This document shows, one piece after another, positions 18,837-27,855 of a DNA stretch of 64,000 nucleotides (position 1 is the stretch's first letter; each line of letters opens with the position of its first letter). The DNA lies in the NCBI GenBank assembly GCA_035480055.1, contig DATIIB010000009.1, positions 149,068 to 213,067 on the forward strand. Reading direction: 5' to 3'. The stretch comes from Candidatus Saccharimonadales bacterium (GTDB lineage: Bacteria; Patescibacteriota; Saccharimonadia; Saccharimonadales; DASZAF01). The position numbers were made by a program, and so were the translations under genes. Below the pieces are notes generated by a model. That model was not told where the DNA came from. It worked only from the letters and a program-made list of their open reading frames with translations, and made no database searches.

Positions 18837-19397
18837 CTAGCTGTGACGCGAAGAAGTGGTTGAGGAAGACGCTTTGCCAGAGGTAGCTGCCTTACGTGCG
18901 CCATAAAAGTCACGTACTTGGAATATAAGATAAAAGCCAATCGCGCTTCCGATTAAGCTGCTTATCAACTTACCGAACCCACCGTAATTATCGTCAAAGA
19001 CAATAAAGATACCATAAGCCAGGTTGACCAACGCACTCAGCAACAGCATGTTCCAGCCAGCTTTGGTTTTGGCTTTTAGGCCAGGATAAGCGGCCAGCAA
19101 GATTAGGCCATCAGCAGCTAAAGTCAGCAGACCGATCCAGTAAAAGAGTCCCAAGTGATGAACCGTTGGCTGCACGCCATAAGCCTGAGCGAGCTGGTTC
19201 GCGTAATCTGCCAATTGGTTGGTAGTATGTCCGAGATGCCACAAACCCCATGCCGCAAAAAGCTGCAAGAGACCAAAGATCAATGCCAGAGCCGGCCAAA
19301 TTTTTACCAATGTTTCTTTGGCGTTTTTCGGCAAAGGCGGCAGCCCTTTAAAAACAGGTGCGAGAACACTCTCGACCTTGGCTAATAATGGATTCAT
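18837..19397 (-). CDS. Hypothetical membrane protein
   Basis: 186-aa ORF with about 4 hydrophobic helices and a Ser/Thr-rich tail. Confidence 0.6.
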   Translation of the reverse strand: MNPLLAKVESVLAPVFKGLPPLPKNAKETLVKIWPALALIFGLLQLFAAWGLWHLGHTTNQLADYANQLAQAYGVQPTVHHLGLFYWIGLLTLAADGLILLAAYPGLKAKTKAGWNMLLLSALVNLAYGIFIVFDDNYGGFGKLISSLIGSAIGFYLIFQVRDFYGARKAATSGKASSSTTSSRHS

Positions 19398-19483
19398 GGG
19401 AATCTCCTCAAATTACTTATGTCTTAAGCGTACGCCTGCCGGACGGTTCTGCCTAGGACATTCTGACAACAAGCTGAAATTAT

Positions 19484-19798
19484 TTACGAGTAGTCGCTGA
19501 AGTGCTGCACATCGCGGCGCATCTGCTCGAAGCTGCGCGTAAAGTGGTCCTGATGGTTGTAGTTCATCAGCGCTTCGCCTTGATGCGTGGCGTCGGCCAT
19601 ATAATGCTGGATGTTCTTGATGCGATTCTCTAGATCACGCGGGTTCTTTTTGACCTCCATGTCATCCATCAAATGATCCATCTCTTGGTCGATTTGGCGA
19701 GCGGCCGGATGGTCGGAGCCACCGGTGGCATCGCGAAACGCAAACTGCAAATCTCGCACTTGCTGATACATAGGCTGGTACGTTGGATCGATACTCAT
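19484..19798 (-). CDS. Hypothetical small helical protein
   Basis: Start at the ATG at 19798 (MSIDPTYQ) with AAGGAG 7 nt upstream. The 5' extension in the track ORF has no RBS. Confidence 0.5.
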   Translation of the reverse strand: MSIDPTYQPMYQQVRDLQFAFRDATGGSDHPAARQIDQEMDHLMDDMEVKKNPRDLENRIKNIQHYMADATHQGEALMNYNHQDHFTRSFEQMRRDVQHFSDYS

Positions 19799-19855
19799 AT
19801 ATTTTCTCCTTACAACTATACTCAGGCATATCATACCAAATTGCCTCGCAGCGAG

Positions 19856-19864
19856 TGCTATACT
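19856..19864 (+). promoter_or_regulatory. Extended -10 element (TGCTATACT) giving a leaderless xth mRNA
   Basis: TGCTATACT ends 6 nt before the ATG at 19871, which is the expected TSS position. Confidence 0.45.
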
Positions 19865-19870
19865 ATGCCC

Positions 19871-20671
19871 ATGAAGCTCTACTCATGGAATGTGAACGGC
19901 ATCCGCTCGGCCATAAAGAGCGGGCACTTTGCCACTTTTGTGGCTACTCATCAACCAGACATCTTGTGTTTGCAAGAGACCAAAGCCGAACAAGGCCAAG
20001 CCGAGATCGATCTGCCAGATTACCAAGAATATTGGAACTCGGCGGCCAAAAAAGGCTATTCCGGCACCGCAATTTTTAGCAAAAAAGCACCATTACGTGT
20101 GCAGCTTGGCTTTCCGGATGCCATCATGCAGCAGTTTGATATCACCACCGATTCTTACGGCGATCCAAACAAAGAAGGCCGCGTGACCGCTGCCGAATAT
20201 GAGAATTACTTTGTGGTAACCGTATATACGCCCAACAGCAAACGCGAACTGACTCGCCTAAGCTACCGCGAGAAAGTCTGGGACCCTGCCTTTTTGGCAT
20301 ATTGCAAACTGCTGGAAAGAACCAAGCCAGTGATCTTCTGCGGCGACCTCAATGTGGCTCACACCGAAGACGACTTGGCCAACCCCAAACCCAATCGCGG
20401 GAAACATGGCTTTACCGACGAAGAGCGAAGAGGCTTTCAAAACTTTTTAGACGCAGGCTTTGTGGACACCTTTCGTCTGTTTACGAAAGGCAACGGGTAT
20501 TATTCGTGGTGGACCAATTGGGCGAACGCCCGTGCGCGTAATGTTGGCTGGCGCATCGATTACATCATGGTTTCGGCGAGCCTTAAAGACAAGGTAACTA
20601 AAGCTGAGATTAATACCGATGTGCTGGGCTCGGATCATTGCCCGGTGAGCATGGAAGTGGATCTTGTATAA
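19871..20671 (+). CDS. xth: Exodeoxyribonuclease III
   Basis: MKLYSWNVNGIRSA, ILCLQETK and the C-terminal GSDHCPV are ExoIII/AP-endonuclease motifs. The track ORF start at 19673 is an antisense-overlapping extension. Confidence 0.9.
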   Translation: MKLYSWNVNGIRSAIKSGHFATFVATHQPDILCLQETKAEQGQAEIDLPDYQEYWNSAAKKGYSGTAIFSKKAPLRVQLGFPDAIMQQFDITTDSYGDPNKEGRVTAAEYENYFVVTVYTPNSKRELTRLSYREKVWDPAFLAYCKLLERTKPVIFCGDLNVAHTEDDLANPKPNRGKHGFTDEERRGFQNFLDAGFVDTFRLFTKGNGYYSWWTNWANARARNVGWRIDYIMVSASLKDKVTKAEINTDVLGSDHCPVSMEVDLV

Positions 20672-20726
20672 TCTGGCTTTTTAGCCCTTTATCTTAGGCT
20701 CTATCTTTTTTATACTGTAGAGTCTC

Positions 20727-22100
20727 ATGATAGAACAGAACGATAGTTTTCCCGAAGATCCCGAATCGCACGATTCCAAACCCCTCCCCAGCAAAGAATC
20801 TGGTGACACCGCAGCTGAACAGCCCACATTCGAGGCCGAGCAAGACGCTCTGACGAAGTCTGTGCGTAGTGGCTTGCCGGTAGACGCAGTGCTCGATGAG
20901 ATCGATACTGCCCCTGAGTCTTTTTCTCATGCCCTACCAGAAGAAGAGCCCGAAGAACCAGTACACGAAATACCCCAACCTCCACCTGCTCGTCAGGCAT
21001 CTGAAGAGACACTCTTCCCCGTCGCTCAGACAGAAAACGATGCCGAACCCTTTTCCCCAGCTGATAGCGCATCGGCAGCCGACGACTCCATAGCACCAGA
21101 GAAGATACAGCCCGACACTACAGAGAATGGAGCCTTGCCAGAAATTGTAGTGGATTTAAGATACATTGGCCCTCACAAAGTAACCGCAGTACACACACCG
21201 GTTTTAACTAAGCATGTGCCCGCTATTGCGGCAGAACTTGAAGACTGCGACGTCATAGTGATAGTAACCAATGTTTATGAGGATGAGAGCGATCGTCTCG
21301 AGGAAGAAAGAATTCATAACGCGATAACATCAAGTCAAACTGATCCCAAGCTCATCCAAGAAGCTGCGGCCGATGCTGCAGGCTACGGGCATTTTAGCTT
21401 GTCATTAGCGGCTGAGATGAAGGCGACTGACACAGAGATTAGGTTAGTCGCACCGGTCTACGATGATTTTGACGATGACATACTCGAGTTTAAAGTAGAA
21501 GCACGAAAAGAATACAATATAGCGTTCAGAGAACTCTTGCCAATTGCAGATGCTCGTGCCGCAACCCGTCTCTATATTGATGCCATGGTGGCTGCGAACA
21601 ACTGCACCGTTGAAGGCATGTCTGACCAGCTTCAGGCAACAATTGCTGGGATTTCAGAGGACAACCCGGGAGCATCCATTGGTATTGTGACTTCAAAAGC
21701 CGACTATGCACTTATGGGGTACCTCGAGGAAGATGACGAGCTCGATAGCCCGGGAGGTCTGAGGGATCGAATTGAAGCGACGCTGCCGTTTCTTGACCGC
21801 GCCCGGCATGCCGCGGCGGAAGGTGATATGAGACGATCAGAGGAATTTATCGACAAGCATCTACTGGTTAAATATATAAATCGAGTTATGGAAGTGCCTC
21901 CAGATAGTATCACCTTCGAACAATATGTGGCACCGCTGCAGGCATGGTTTGTCGAGGCACATCTTGATATGCTGGGCCCGTGGCTTATCAGCCCATTTAA
22001 TAATTCCGTGGCTTTAAAAACCGAACAGTTACGTAATGCTACTCGAGCGCTTATTGGCGAACTAATGGACGACTATTTTCAACTAAGCGAAGAGACATAA
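20727..22100 (+). CDS. Hypothetical acidic protein carrying the island N-terminal motif (member P1)
   Basis: 457 aa. Acidic, disordered first ~130 residues with LPVDAVLDE at residues 50-58 (20874-20900). C-terminal domain unrecognised. Confidence 0.7.
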   Translation: MIEQNDSFPEDPESHDSKPLPSKESGDTAAEQPTFEAEQDALTKSVRSGLPVDAVLDEIDTAPESFSHALPEEEPEEPVHEIPQPPPARQASEETLFPVAQTENDAEPFSPADSASAADDSIAPEKIQPDTTENGALPEIVVDLRYIGPHKVTAVHTPVLTKHVPAIAAELEDCDVIVIVTNVYEDESDRLEEERIHNAITSSQTDPKLIQEAAADAAGYGHFSLSLAAEMKATDTEIRLVAPVYDDFDDDILEFKVEARKEYNIAFRELLPIADARAATRLYIDAMVAANNCTVEGMSDQLQATIAGISEDNPGASIGIVTSKADYALMGYLEEDDELDSPGGLRDRIEATLPFLDRARHAAAEGDMRRSEEFIDKHLLVKYINRVMEVPPDSITFEQYVAPLQAWFVEAHLDMLGPWLISPFNNSVALKTEQLRNATRALIGELMDDYFQLSEET

Positions 22101-22115
22101 GATATAATAGCCAGC

Positions 22116-24059
22116 ATGACCACACCCAAGCACCACTCCAAAAATGACCATCCCTTTGATGAAGACACCCGGCCGCAAGACAACTTCTTTGGCTATGTAA
22201 ACAACAAATGGATTGCCGCAAATCCTATCCCGGACGACAAGAGTCGTTGGGGGATTTTTGATAGTCTGCGCGAAAAATCGCTCCAAGATATGCATCAGAT
22301 TTACAAAAACCTGGATGACTCGCACCAGTCGGGAACGATTGAGCAACAAGCACGAGATTTCTACTTTACCGTTATACACATGGACGATTTTGAGCAGACG
22401 CACTTGCAAGAGCTCAAAGAGTATATCGCCAAAATTGAAGCAATCACCGATGTCACAACGCTTTCGGCCTGCATTGGCGAGCTGCAAGCTGCGGGCGTGC
22501 AGGCGGCTTGGGGCGCATGGGTAGGCAGTGACGATAAAGATAGCACCAAACGACTCATCGAATTTGGCCAATCCGGCCTAACGCTCCCAAACCGCGATTA
22601 TTACCTGAGTGACGACGCCAAAATGAAAACCATCCGCAAAGCCTACAAGGCACACCTGGCCAAAGTGCATACTGCGTTCCCGTACGTGGCAGAGGGTGCA
22701 GATGCGTTTTCTGCCGCGGTGATTGGTCTCGAGACACAGCTGGCAACTCACTCGCGCCCCGATGCCGATCTCCGCGACGTGGAGCGTAACTATAATAAAA
22801 CGCCATTTGCAACGCTTCAGCAAAAGTATGATCACATCGACTGGCACGCCTACGCGACCGCGCTAGGCTGGCACCCGAGCGATCAAATTAACGTAGGACA
22901 ACCGGAATTTCTGGCGTTTGTGGACAGCCTGTTTGTGCCCGACCAGCTTGAAAATTGGAAAACCTATCTTAAGTGGCAATTCATTGTCCACTATTACGGC
23001 AAGGTGAGCGAATCATTTGCAGAGCTCAAATTTAGCTTCTTTGGAAAAATACTTGGCGGCGTCAAAGAACTGCCAGCCAAATGGAAGCGAGCGGTGGCCA
23101 TGATCGACGATGCGATCGGCGAAGGCGTGGGCAAACTATACGCCAAACACTACTTTCCTGAATCAGCCAAGCAGCAAATGGCCGACATGGTCCAAAGCAT
23201 CAGCGACACATATGCGGCGCGCATCAAAAAACTTGACTGGATGGACGAGACCACCAAAAAGTACGCGCTGAAAAAACTCGCCAATACGAAAGTGCTGATT
23301 GGCTATCCAGACAAGTGGCGAGATTACGCTGACCTCCATATTGGGCGCACTTCGTTAATTGCGAATGCAATCGCTGCCGAAAAATTTGACACCGCGTATC
23401 ACATGGATTTGCTGCAACAGCCAAACTCGCGCGACCAATGGTTGATGTACCCGCAAACTGTCAACGCATACAGCGATCCGCACCGTTTGGTGATTTGCTT
23501 CCCGGCTGCTATTTTACAGCCGCCATTCTTTGATCCCAAAGCGCCGCTCGCTGTTAACCTGGGTGGCATTGGCACCGTCATTGGCCACGAACTCACTCAT
23601 GGTTTTGACGACCAAGGCTGCCAGTTCGATGCCGAAGGTAATGTGCGGCAGTGGCAAACCGATGCCGATCGCAAGGCCTTTAGCACGCGTGCCGATCTCA
23701 TCATCAAGCAAGCCGACGCCTACGAAGTGCTGCCCGGACTCCACCTCCAAGGCAATCTGGTAATTGGCGAGAGCATTGCCGATCTTGGTGGCATTGAAAT
23801 CGCGTACGAAGCGCTGATCGCTGACCACAAAGTAACAGATGAGGACAAAAAACTCTTCTTTACCTCATATGCCACTACCGAAGGCGGCGCCACGCGCGAA
23901 GAAAAACGCCGTGAATACGCGCTGACCGACCCTCACCCCGATGGCGAGTTTCGCGTGAATGGTATTTTGCAACACGTTGACGGATTTTACGAGGCATTCG
24001 AACTCACCAAAGGCGATACATTATTCCGCGACGAAGCAAAACGCGCGCGCATTTGGTAG
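22116..24059 (+). CDS. pepO: M13-family zinc metallopeptidase (PepO/neprilysin-like), no signal peptide or TM seen
   Basis: VIGHELTHGFD (HExxH) and GESIADLGG (ExxxD) are present. Starts 15 nt after the P1 stop. Confidence 0.9.
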   Translation: MTTPKHHSKNDHPFDEDTRPQDNFFGYVNNKWIAANPIPDDKSRWGIFDSLREKSLQDMHQIYKNLDDSHQSGTIEQQARDFYFTVIHMDDFEQTHLQELKEYIAKIEAITDVTTLSACIGELQAAGVQAAWGAWVGSDDKDSTKRLIEFGQSGLTLPNRDYYLSDDAKMKTIRKAYKAHLAKVHTAFPYVAEGADAFSAAVIGLETQLATHSRPDADLRDVERNYNKTPFATLQQKYDHIDWHAYATALGWHPSDQINVGQPEFLAFVDSLFVPDQLENWKTYLKWQFIVHYYGKVSESFAELKFSFFGKILGGVKELPAKWKRAVAMIDDAIGEGVGKLYAKHYFPESAKQQMADMVQSISDTYAARIKKLDWMDETTKKYALKKLANTKVLIGYPDKWRDYADLHIGRTSLIANAIAAEKFDTAYHMDLLQQPNSRDQWLMYPQTVNAYSDPHRLVICFPAAILQPPFFDPKAPLAVNLGGIGTVIGHELTHGFDDQGCQFDAEGNVRQWQTDADRKAFSTRADLIIKQADAYEVLPGLHLQGNLVIGESIADLGGIEIAYEALIADHKVTDEDKKLFFTSYATTEGGATREEKRREYALTDPHPDGEFRVNGILQHVDGFYEAFELTKGDTLFRDEAKRARIW

Positions 24060-24085
24060 CTTAGAGAGCTGCAAAATTGATCAAG

Positions 24086-24796
24086 CTAATACGCTGCCGC
24101 ATCGTAGCGTACCGTTTCTGACGCGTACGTCTTGCCCTCACGGACCATAGCGATCACTTTATCGGTCATCGCAAAATGATGCGGCTCTGCATGCAGCTCA
24201 TCCAGCGTCATCCAAGTACTCCTGCCACCAGCCCAGGTGTTGGCAGGATCGCCCCGCACGTCGTGGGCCATCAAAATGACAAACAGTTTGTCTTCTAAAA
24301 GTGTGCCGGTTTGAATCTCGTAATCCTTGGTACGACAAAAAGCTGCGACACTAAAAGTTGCAGTGAGCCCGGTCTGTTTATGCAGTTCGCGGGCCGCAGT
24401 CTCTTCTGGCTCTTCGCCCCATCGGACCGGTCCACTCATACAGCCCCAAAATCCGTAAAAAGGATTTCTAAGGCGCTTTTGAAAAAGATATTGCGGCACA
24501 CCTCCATCGCCGGCGCGAGTGATCACCAAATAGGCCGACAGCTTGGGTTGCTGCTGAATGGCACGTTTGTGCTTATCGAGATTGTTAGCAAATTCTTTGC
24601 CAGAAGCGGTTAGGGTATACGCACCACTGGGCATTTTTTCAACATACCCTAATGTCACTAATTTACGGACATGAAATTTAAAGGCATCACTCTGCAATCC
24701 TGTCGGCCGCATCAGCTCACTAAAGCGCGCCGCGTTGGTATGCCGAAGCGCGTACAAAATGGCCATCTGGGCCTTGTGCAGCACAGCACTGCTCAT
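24086..24796 (-). CDS. Winged-helix + Nudix domain protein (NrtR-like regulator architecture)
   Basis: N-terminal wHTH-like AILYALRHTNAARFSELMRPTGLQSDAFKFHVRKLVTLGYVEK. C-terminal Nudix box GPVRWGEEPEETAARELHKQTGL. Confidence 0.75.
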   Translation of the reverse strand: MSSAVLHKAQMAILYALRHTNAARFSELMRPTGLQSDAFKFHVRKLVTLGYVEKMPSGAYTLTASGKEFANNLDKHKRAIQQQPKLSAYLVITRAGDGGVPQYLFQKRLRNPFYGFWGCMSGPVRWGEEPEETAARELHKQTGLTATFSVAAFCRTKDYEIQTGTLLEDKLFVILMAHDVRGDPANTWAGGRSTWMTLDELHAEPHHFAMTDKVIAMVREGKTYASETVRYDAAAY

Positions 24797-24843
24797 CGCT
24801 AGTTACCTCATCGCTCTCATTACTTTACTAGTTGTACCATACT

Positions 24844-24871
24844 TTTCTAGGGAAGCAAGTTACCCTAGAAA
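24844..24871. promoter_or_regulatory. Inverted repeat in divergent promoter region (candidate operator)
   Basis: TTTCTAGGG-N10-CCCTAGAAA: perfect 9-bp arms between the wHTH-Nudix gene and the gene at 24921. Confidence 0.4.
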
Positions 24872-24920
24872 GCGCGGCCGGGATTTGCGATGGTTGAGAC
24901 AAGCTAACAAGGAGTACGGT

Positions 24921-25535
24921 ATGTCTGCAGAAATGGTTGCATCATCGGTAGAAAAATTCATGGGAACCCAAAAAACGCGTCGAACGCTTGGTGAATATGT
25001 CAGCGAACTAGAGGTGCTTGGTCGCTTAACGCCAACGGTTCAAGAAGCGGTTGATAAAGCAGAGCGCCTGACCAGGGAGAACGACTTTATCTTCTATCTC
25101 GCCGGCGCCTTGACCGGTGTCAGCGAAGAAATGAAAGCACGGTACGGTCAGGTTGGCGATCTCATTACGACGCACCAAAAACCGGGCGCCAAAATGTTTG
25201 GCTATGCGCCGCACCTGCATGGAACCGACCCGATTGCTCATCCCGATGTGTCGCCAGAGGAAGTCCGGGACATTGATTACATCTTTGCGGCAGTGGTTGC
25301 TGATGGACACTTTAACTTTATGTATCCACTGGCACACGGCAATGCGGTTGAAGAAGCCTGGGCGGAAGCGGCAAATATCCCCGCAGTGTACCTGATGCCT
25401 GAATCCATGTATACCTCGCGCTTAATACGCGGCATGCATAATATTTTGAGCACCATAATCTACACCGATTTTGAGACAGATGGCTTGCCACAAGTTGCGC
25501 AGCTGCTCGACGGTATTGAACGCGCCACAAAATAA
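24921..25535 (+). CDS. Hypothetical protein, possibly nucleoside 2-deoxyribosyltransferase-like fold
   Basis: AAGGAG RBS before the ATG at 24921. FIFYLAGALTG and HGNAVEEAWAEAANIPAVYL resemble the YLAG... and G-x-x-x-E-x-G-x-A motifs of that fold. Weak call. Confidence 0.5.
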   Translation: MSAEMVASSVEKFMGTQKTRRTLGEYVSELEVLGRLTPTVQEAVDKAERLTRENDFIFYLAGALTGVSEEMKARYGQVGDLITTHQKPGAKMFGYAPHLHGTDPIAHPDVSPEEVRDIDYIFAAVVADGHFNFMYPLAHGNAVEEAWAEAANIPAVYLMPESMYTSRLIRGMHNILSTIIYTDFETDGLPQVAQLLDGIERATK

Positions 25536-25559
25536 CCTCCATGCTATCATTAAGACAGA

Positions 25560-26306
25560 ATGAAGCTGCCGACCATTGCCGTCACTGCCGGAGAGATCAC
25601 CAACAAACTTGAACTTTGGTCGCCGGTGGCTCATGGGCAAAGCTACACGTATTTGGAAACGATCATTCGCGCCAAGGGCGTGCCGTTTATTCCCACCATC
25701 ACCCCAGATCTGAGCGTCATGCGGCAAACCTACGAGATGGCGGACGGTATTTTATTTGCGGGCGGCAACGACCCGAGTCCTGGCCTGTACGGCGAAACTT
25801 CAACCGCTGCGGTGATCGATGTTTCCACCGCACGCGATGCGTTCGAAATGCAATGGCTCACCTGGGCGCTTGCAGATGGTAAACCTTTGTTGGGCATCTG
25901 CCGGGGCATGCAGCTTTTAAATATTGTGCAGGGTGGCACGCTGTTTCAAGATCTTCCGACCGAGCGGCCGAGCCACGTTGACCATAACAGCTCGACCAAA
26001 TTACAAACGCTAAGGGACACTACGCACCATGTGCGCATCGCGCGCGAGTCGCAACTTGGGCATATTCTCGGCGCGGCCGAGATTGGCACCAACACTCATC
26101 ACCATCAGGGTATTAAACAACTTGGGCATGGACTGACTGCCAGCGCGTGGGCCGATGATGATCTAATTGAAGCAATCGAGCTCGACTCTCCGCAGCTAGC
26201 AATTGGCGTGCAGTCGCACCCAGAATCGTTAACGGCGGAAACAGAAGCTCGCTGGCAAAAGCTTTTTGACGCGCTCGTTGCCGCCGCAGCCGCGCATCGC
26301 TTATAG
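25560..26306 (+). CDS. Class I glutamine amidotransferase / peptidase C26 (gamma-glutamyl-GABA hydrolase-like)
   Basis: LLGICRGMQLLN (Cys nucleophile), HHHQGI and VQSHPE motifs. Confidence 0.85.
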   Translation: MKLPTIAVTAGEITNKLELWSPVAHGQSYTYLETIIRAKGVPFIPTITPDLSVMRQTYEMADGILFAGGNDPSPGLYGETSTAAVIDVSTARDAFEMQWLTWALADGKPLLGICRGMQLLNIVQGGTLFQDLPTERPSHVDHNSSTKLQTLRDTTHHVRIARESQLGHILGAAEIGTNTHHHQGIKQLGHGLTASAWADDDLIEAIELDSPQLAIGVQSHPESLTAETEARWQKLFDALVAAAAAHRL

Positions 26307-26348
26307 CGTCCCTTGATAGGCCGAACTAAAAACACAACATAAATCTGC

Positions 26349-26377
26349 TTGTGACACATGTCATGTGTACCTATAAT
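26349..26377 (+). promoter_or_regulatory. Putative promoter of island gene P2 with embedded palindrome
   Basis: TTGTGA-N17-TATAAT. The spacer contains the perfect palindrome ACACATG-T-CATGTGT (26354-26368). Confidence 0.5.
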
Positions 26378-26421
26378 TTGAGGCTTAACTATTCTAACCT
26401 CGTGACTATAAGGATAAGACA

Positions 26422-27855
26422 ATGTCTATGACTGCAGCAGAACTACATTTTGGAGAAAATTCAGAAAGACCGGAACAATGGCCACCAGCAGAAGCGGCGG
26501 CTGATATCGCCGCAGGTGATGTATTTGCCGAGCAACCAGATGAGGCAGACGAACAAGCGAGGATCTTGAGAGCATACGAGCAGGATTTCATAAGCCCTTC
26601 CAGCGTTCTTGAGGACCCAACCGAGCTTACGGATGAAACTCGCGGAAGCGAGGTTCCAGAGAGTAGGGGGGCAGTAACGGTTGAGATAGAGGCTTTGGAA
26701 GAGGAGCCAGAGACACGAGGCACAACACCGCCGAGTGAAGAAGCAGGCATTAGAGCAGTAAGCGCAACAATAGAGGCCTTCCTAGACACGCCAGAAACTG
26801 CTCAAGCTGAACCTGCGAGCGACGAAGCCGTAGAGGTGACCGCCAGCAAAGATCCCGATGATGACGAGGTAGCCACTGGTTATGAAAAATGGGGGAGATA
26901 CTTTGAACCCAGGCCTGAAGAACCTGAAGAAGAAACGCCTAGAGCGGGAGGAGGAAGCGGTAAGCCACCTGAGTGGCCGCCAAAGCCGCCCACCGGTGGC
27001 GAGGGTGATGAGAACGGAAAAGGAAATGAGGAAGATGAAGAAAGCGAAGACGGAGAAGGAGACGAAGACACTACTCAGCTTACGCCAGAAAAGGCAAGAC
27101 AGGACAGGCAACACATAGTCAATTTAGGACTTGCGGGCAGATATACTCCTGGAGAAGTGAGGGAAAAACTTGCTGATATAGACAGGCGTACCATGCGACC
27201 TGCAGCTTCCCAACCGGAATCTGAAGAGGTAGAGGTGGCGGGCGACCAGCAACAAGACGAAAGTGACGTTGAAACAACCCGCCCAGATTTACAACCATTG
27301 ACTAGAGATCAGGCCAACGCTGCACGATTGGATGCTATTAGAAAGTATGGCCTTGTTGATCCAGGGTCCGCAGATCCACGATTGGCTCAAAGATTCGCGG
27401 AAATATATGAAGCCGAAAAAGCAGGGGAGACTGGCCGAGACCAAGGTCCCTCGCAAGAAACTGAAGGCTCAGCTGCGACAGCTACCGAAAGCTCCGAGTC
27501 AGACGAAACGAAAGGATTTCCTGGCCAGGTCTTCCCGGCCATGGAAGCTGTGCGAGATATGGAGAGCGCGATCCGAGCCTTCAAAGCTAGAGAGGTAGAC
27601 GCAGCAACGGTCGAAGCATTCGCGCGAAGGCTGAACGAGTCGACACTGGGGATCGGGGTTAAAGGTGAATTTACAGGAAGAGAGGCAGCGGAAATGATGC
27701 TGGGTATAATAAGTCGCTACAGGAAACTTTATCTTGATCGAGCCACTGCCGTTCAAGCACTCACCGCAATAGCCGATTCCGTCAAGTTAGACCCTGAGGT
27801 GCGCGAACAACAGATTAGGCGTCAGAGAGGGGAGAAGGGCGAAGGCGAGTCCTAA
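26422..27855 (+). CDS. Hypothetical acidic protein, island member P2
   Basis: 477 aa. ISPSSVLED at residues 57-65. GG-x-PP / acidic-Gly module AGGGSGKPPEWPPKPPTGGEGDENGKGNEEDEESEDGEGDED (26944-27069). No signal peptide or TM seen. Confidence 0.7.
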   Translation: MSMTAAELHFGENSERPEQWPPAEAAADIAAGDVFAEQPDEADEQARILRAYEQDFISPSSVLEDPTELTDETRGSEVPESRGAVTVEIEALEEEPETRGTTPPSEEAGIRAVSATIEAFLDTPETAQAEPASDEAVEVTASKDPDDDEVATGYEKWGRYFEPRPEEPEEETPRAGGGSGKPPEWPPKPPTGGEGDENGKGNEEDEESEDGEGDEDTTQLTPEKARQDRQHIVNLGLAGRYTPGEVREKLADIDRRTMRPAASQPESEEVEVAGDQQQDESDVETTRPDLQPLTRDQANAARLDAIRKYGLVDPGSADPRLAQRFAEIYEAEKAGETGRDQGPSQETEGSAATATESSESDETKGFPGQVFPAMEAVRDMESAIRAFKAREVDAATVEAFARRLNESTLGIGVKGEFTGREAAEMMLGIISRYRKLYLDRATAVQALTAIADSVKLDPEVREQQIRRQRGEKGEGES

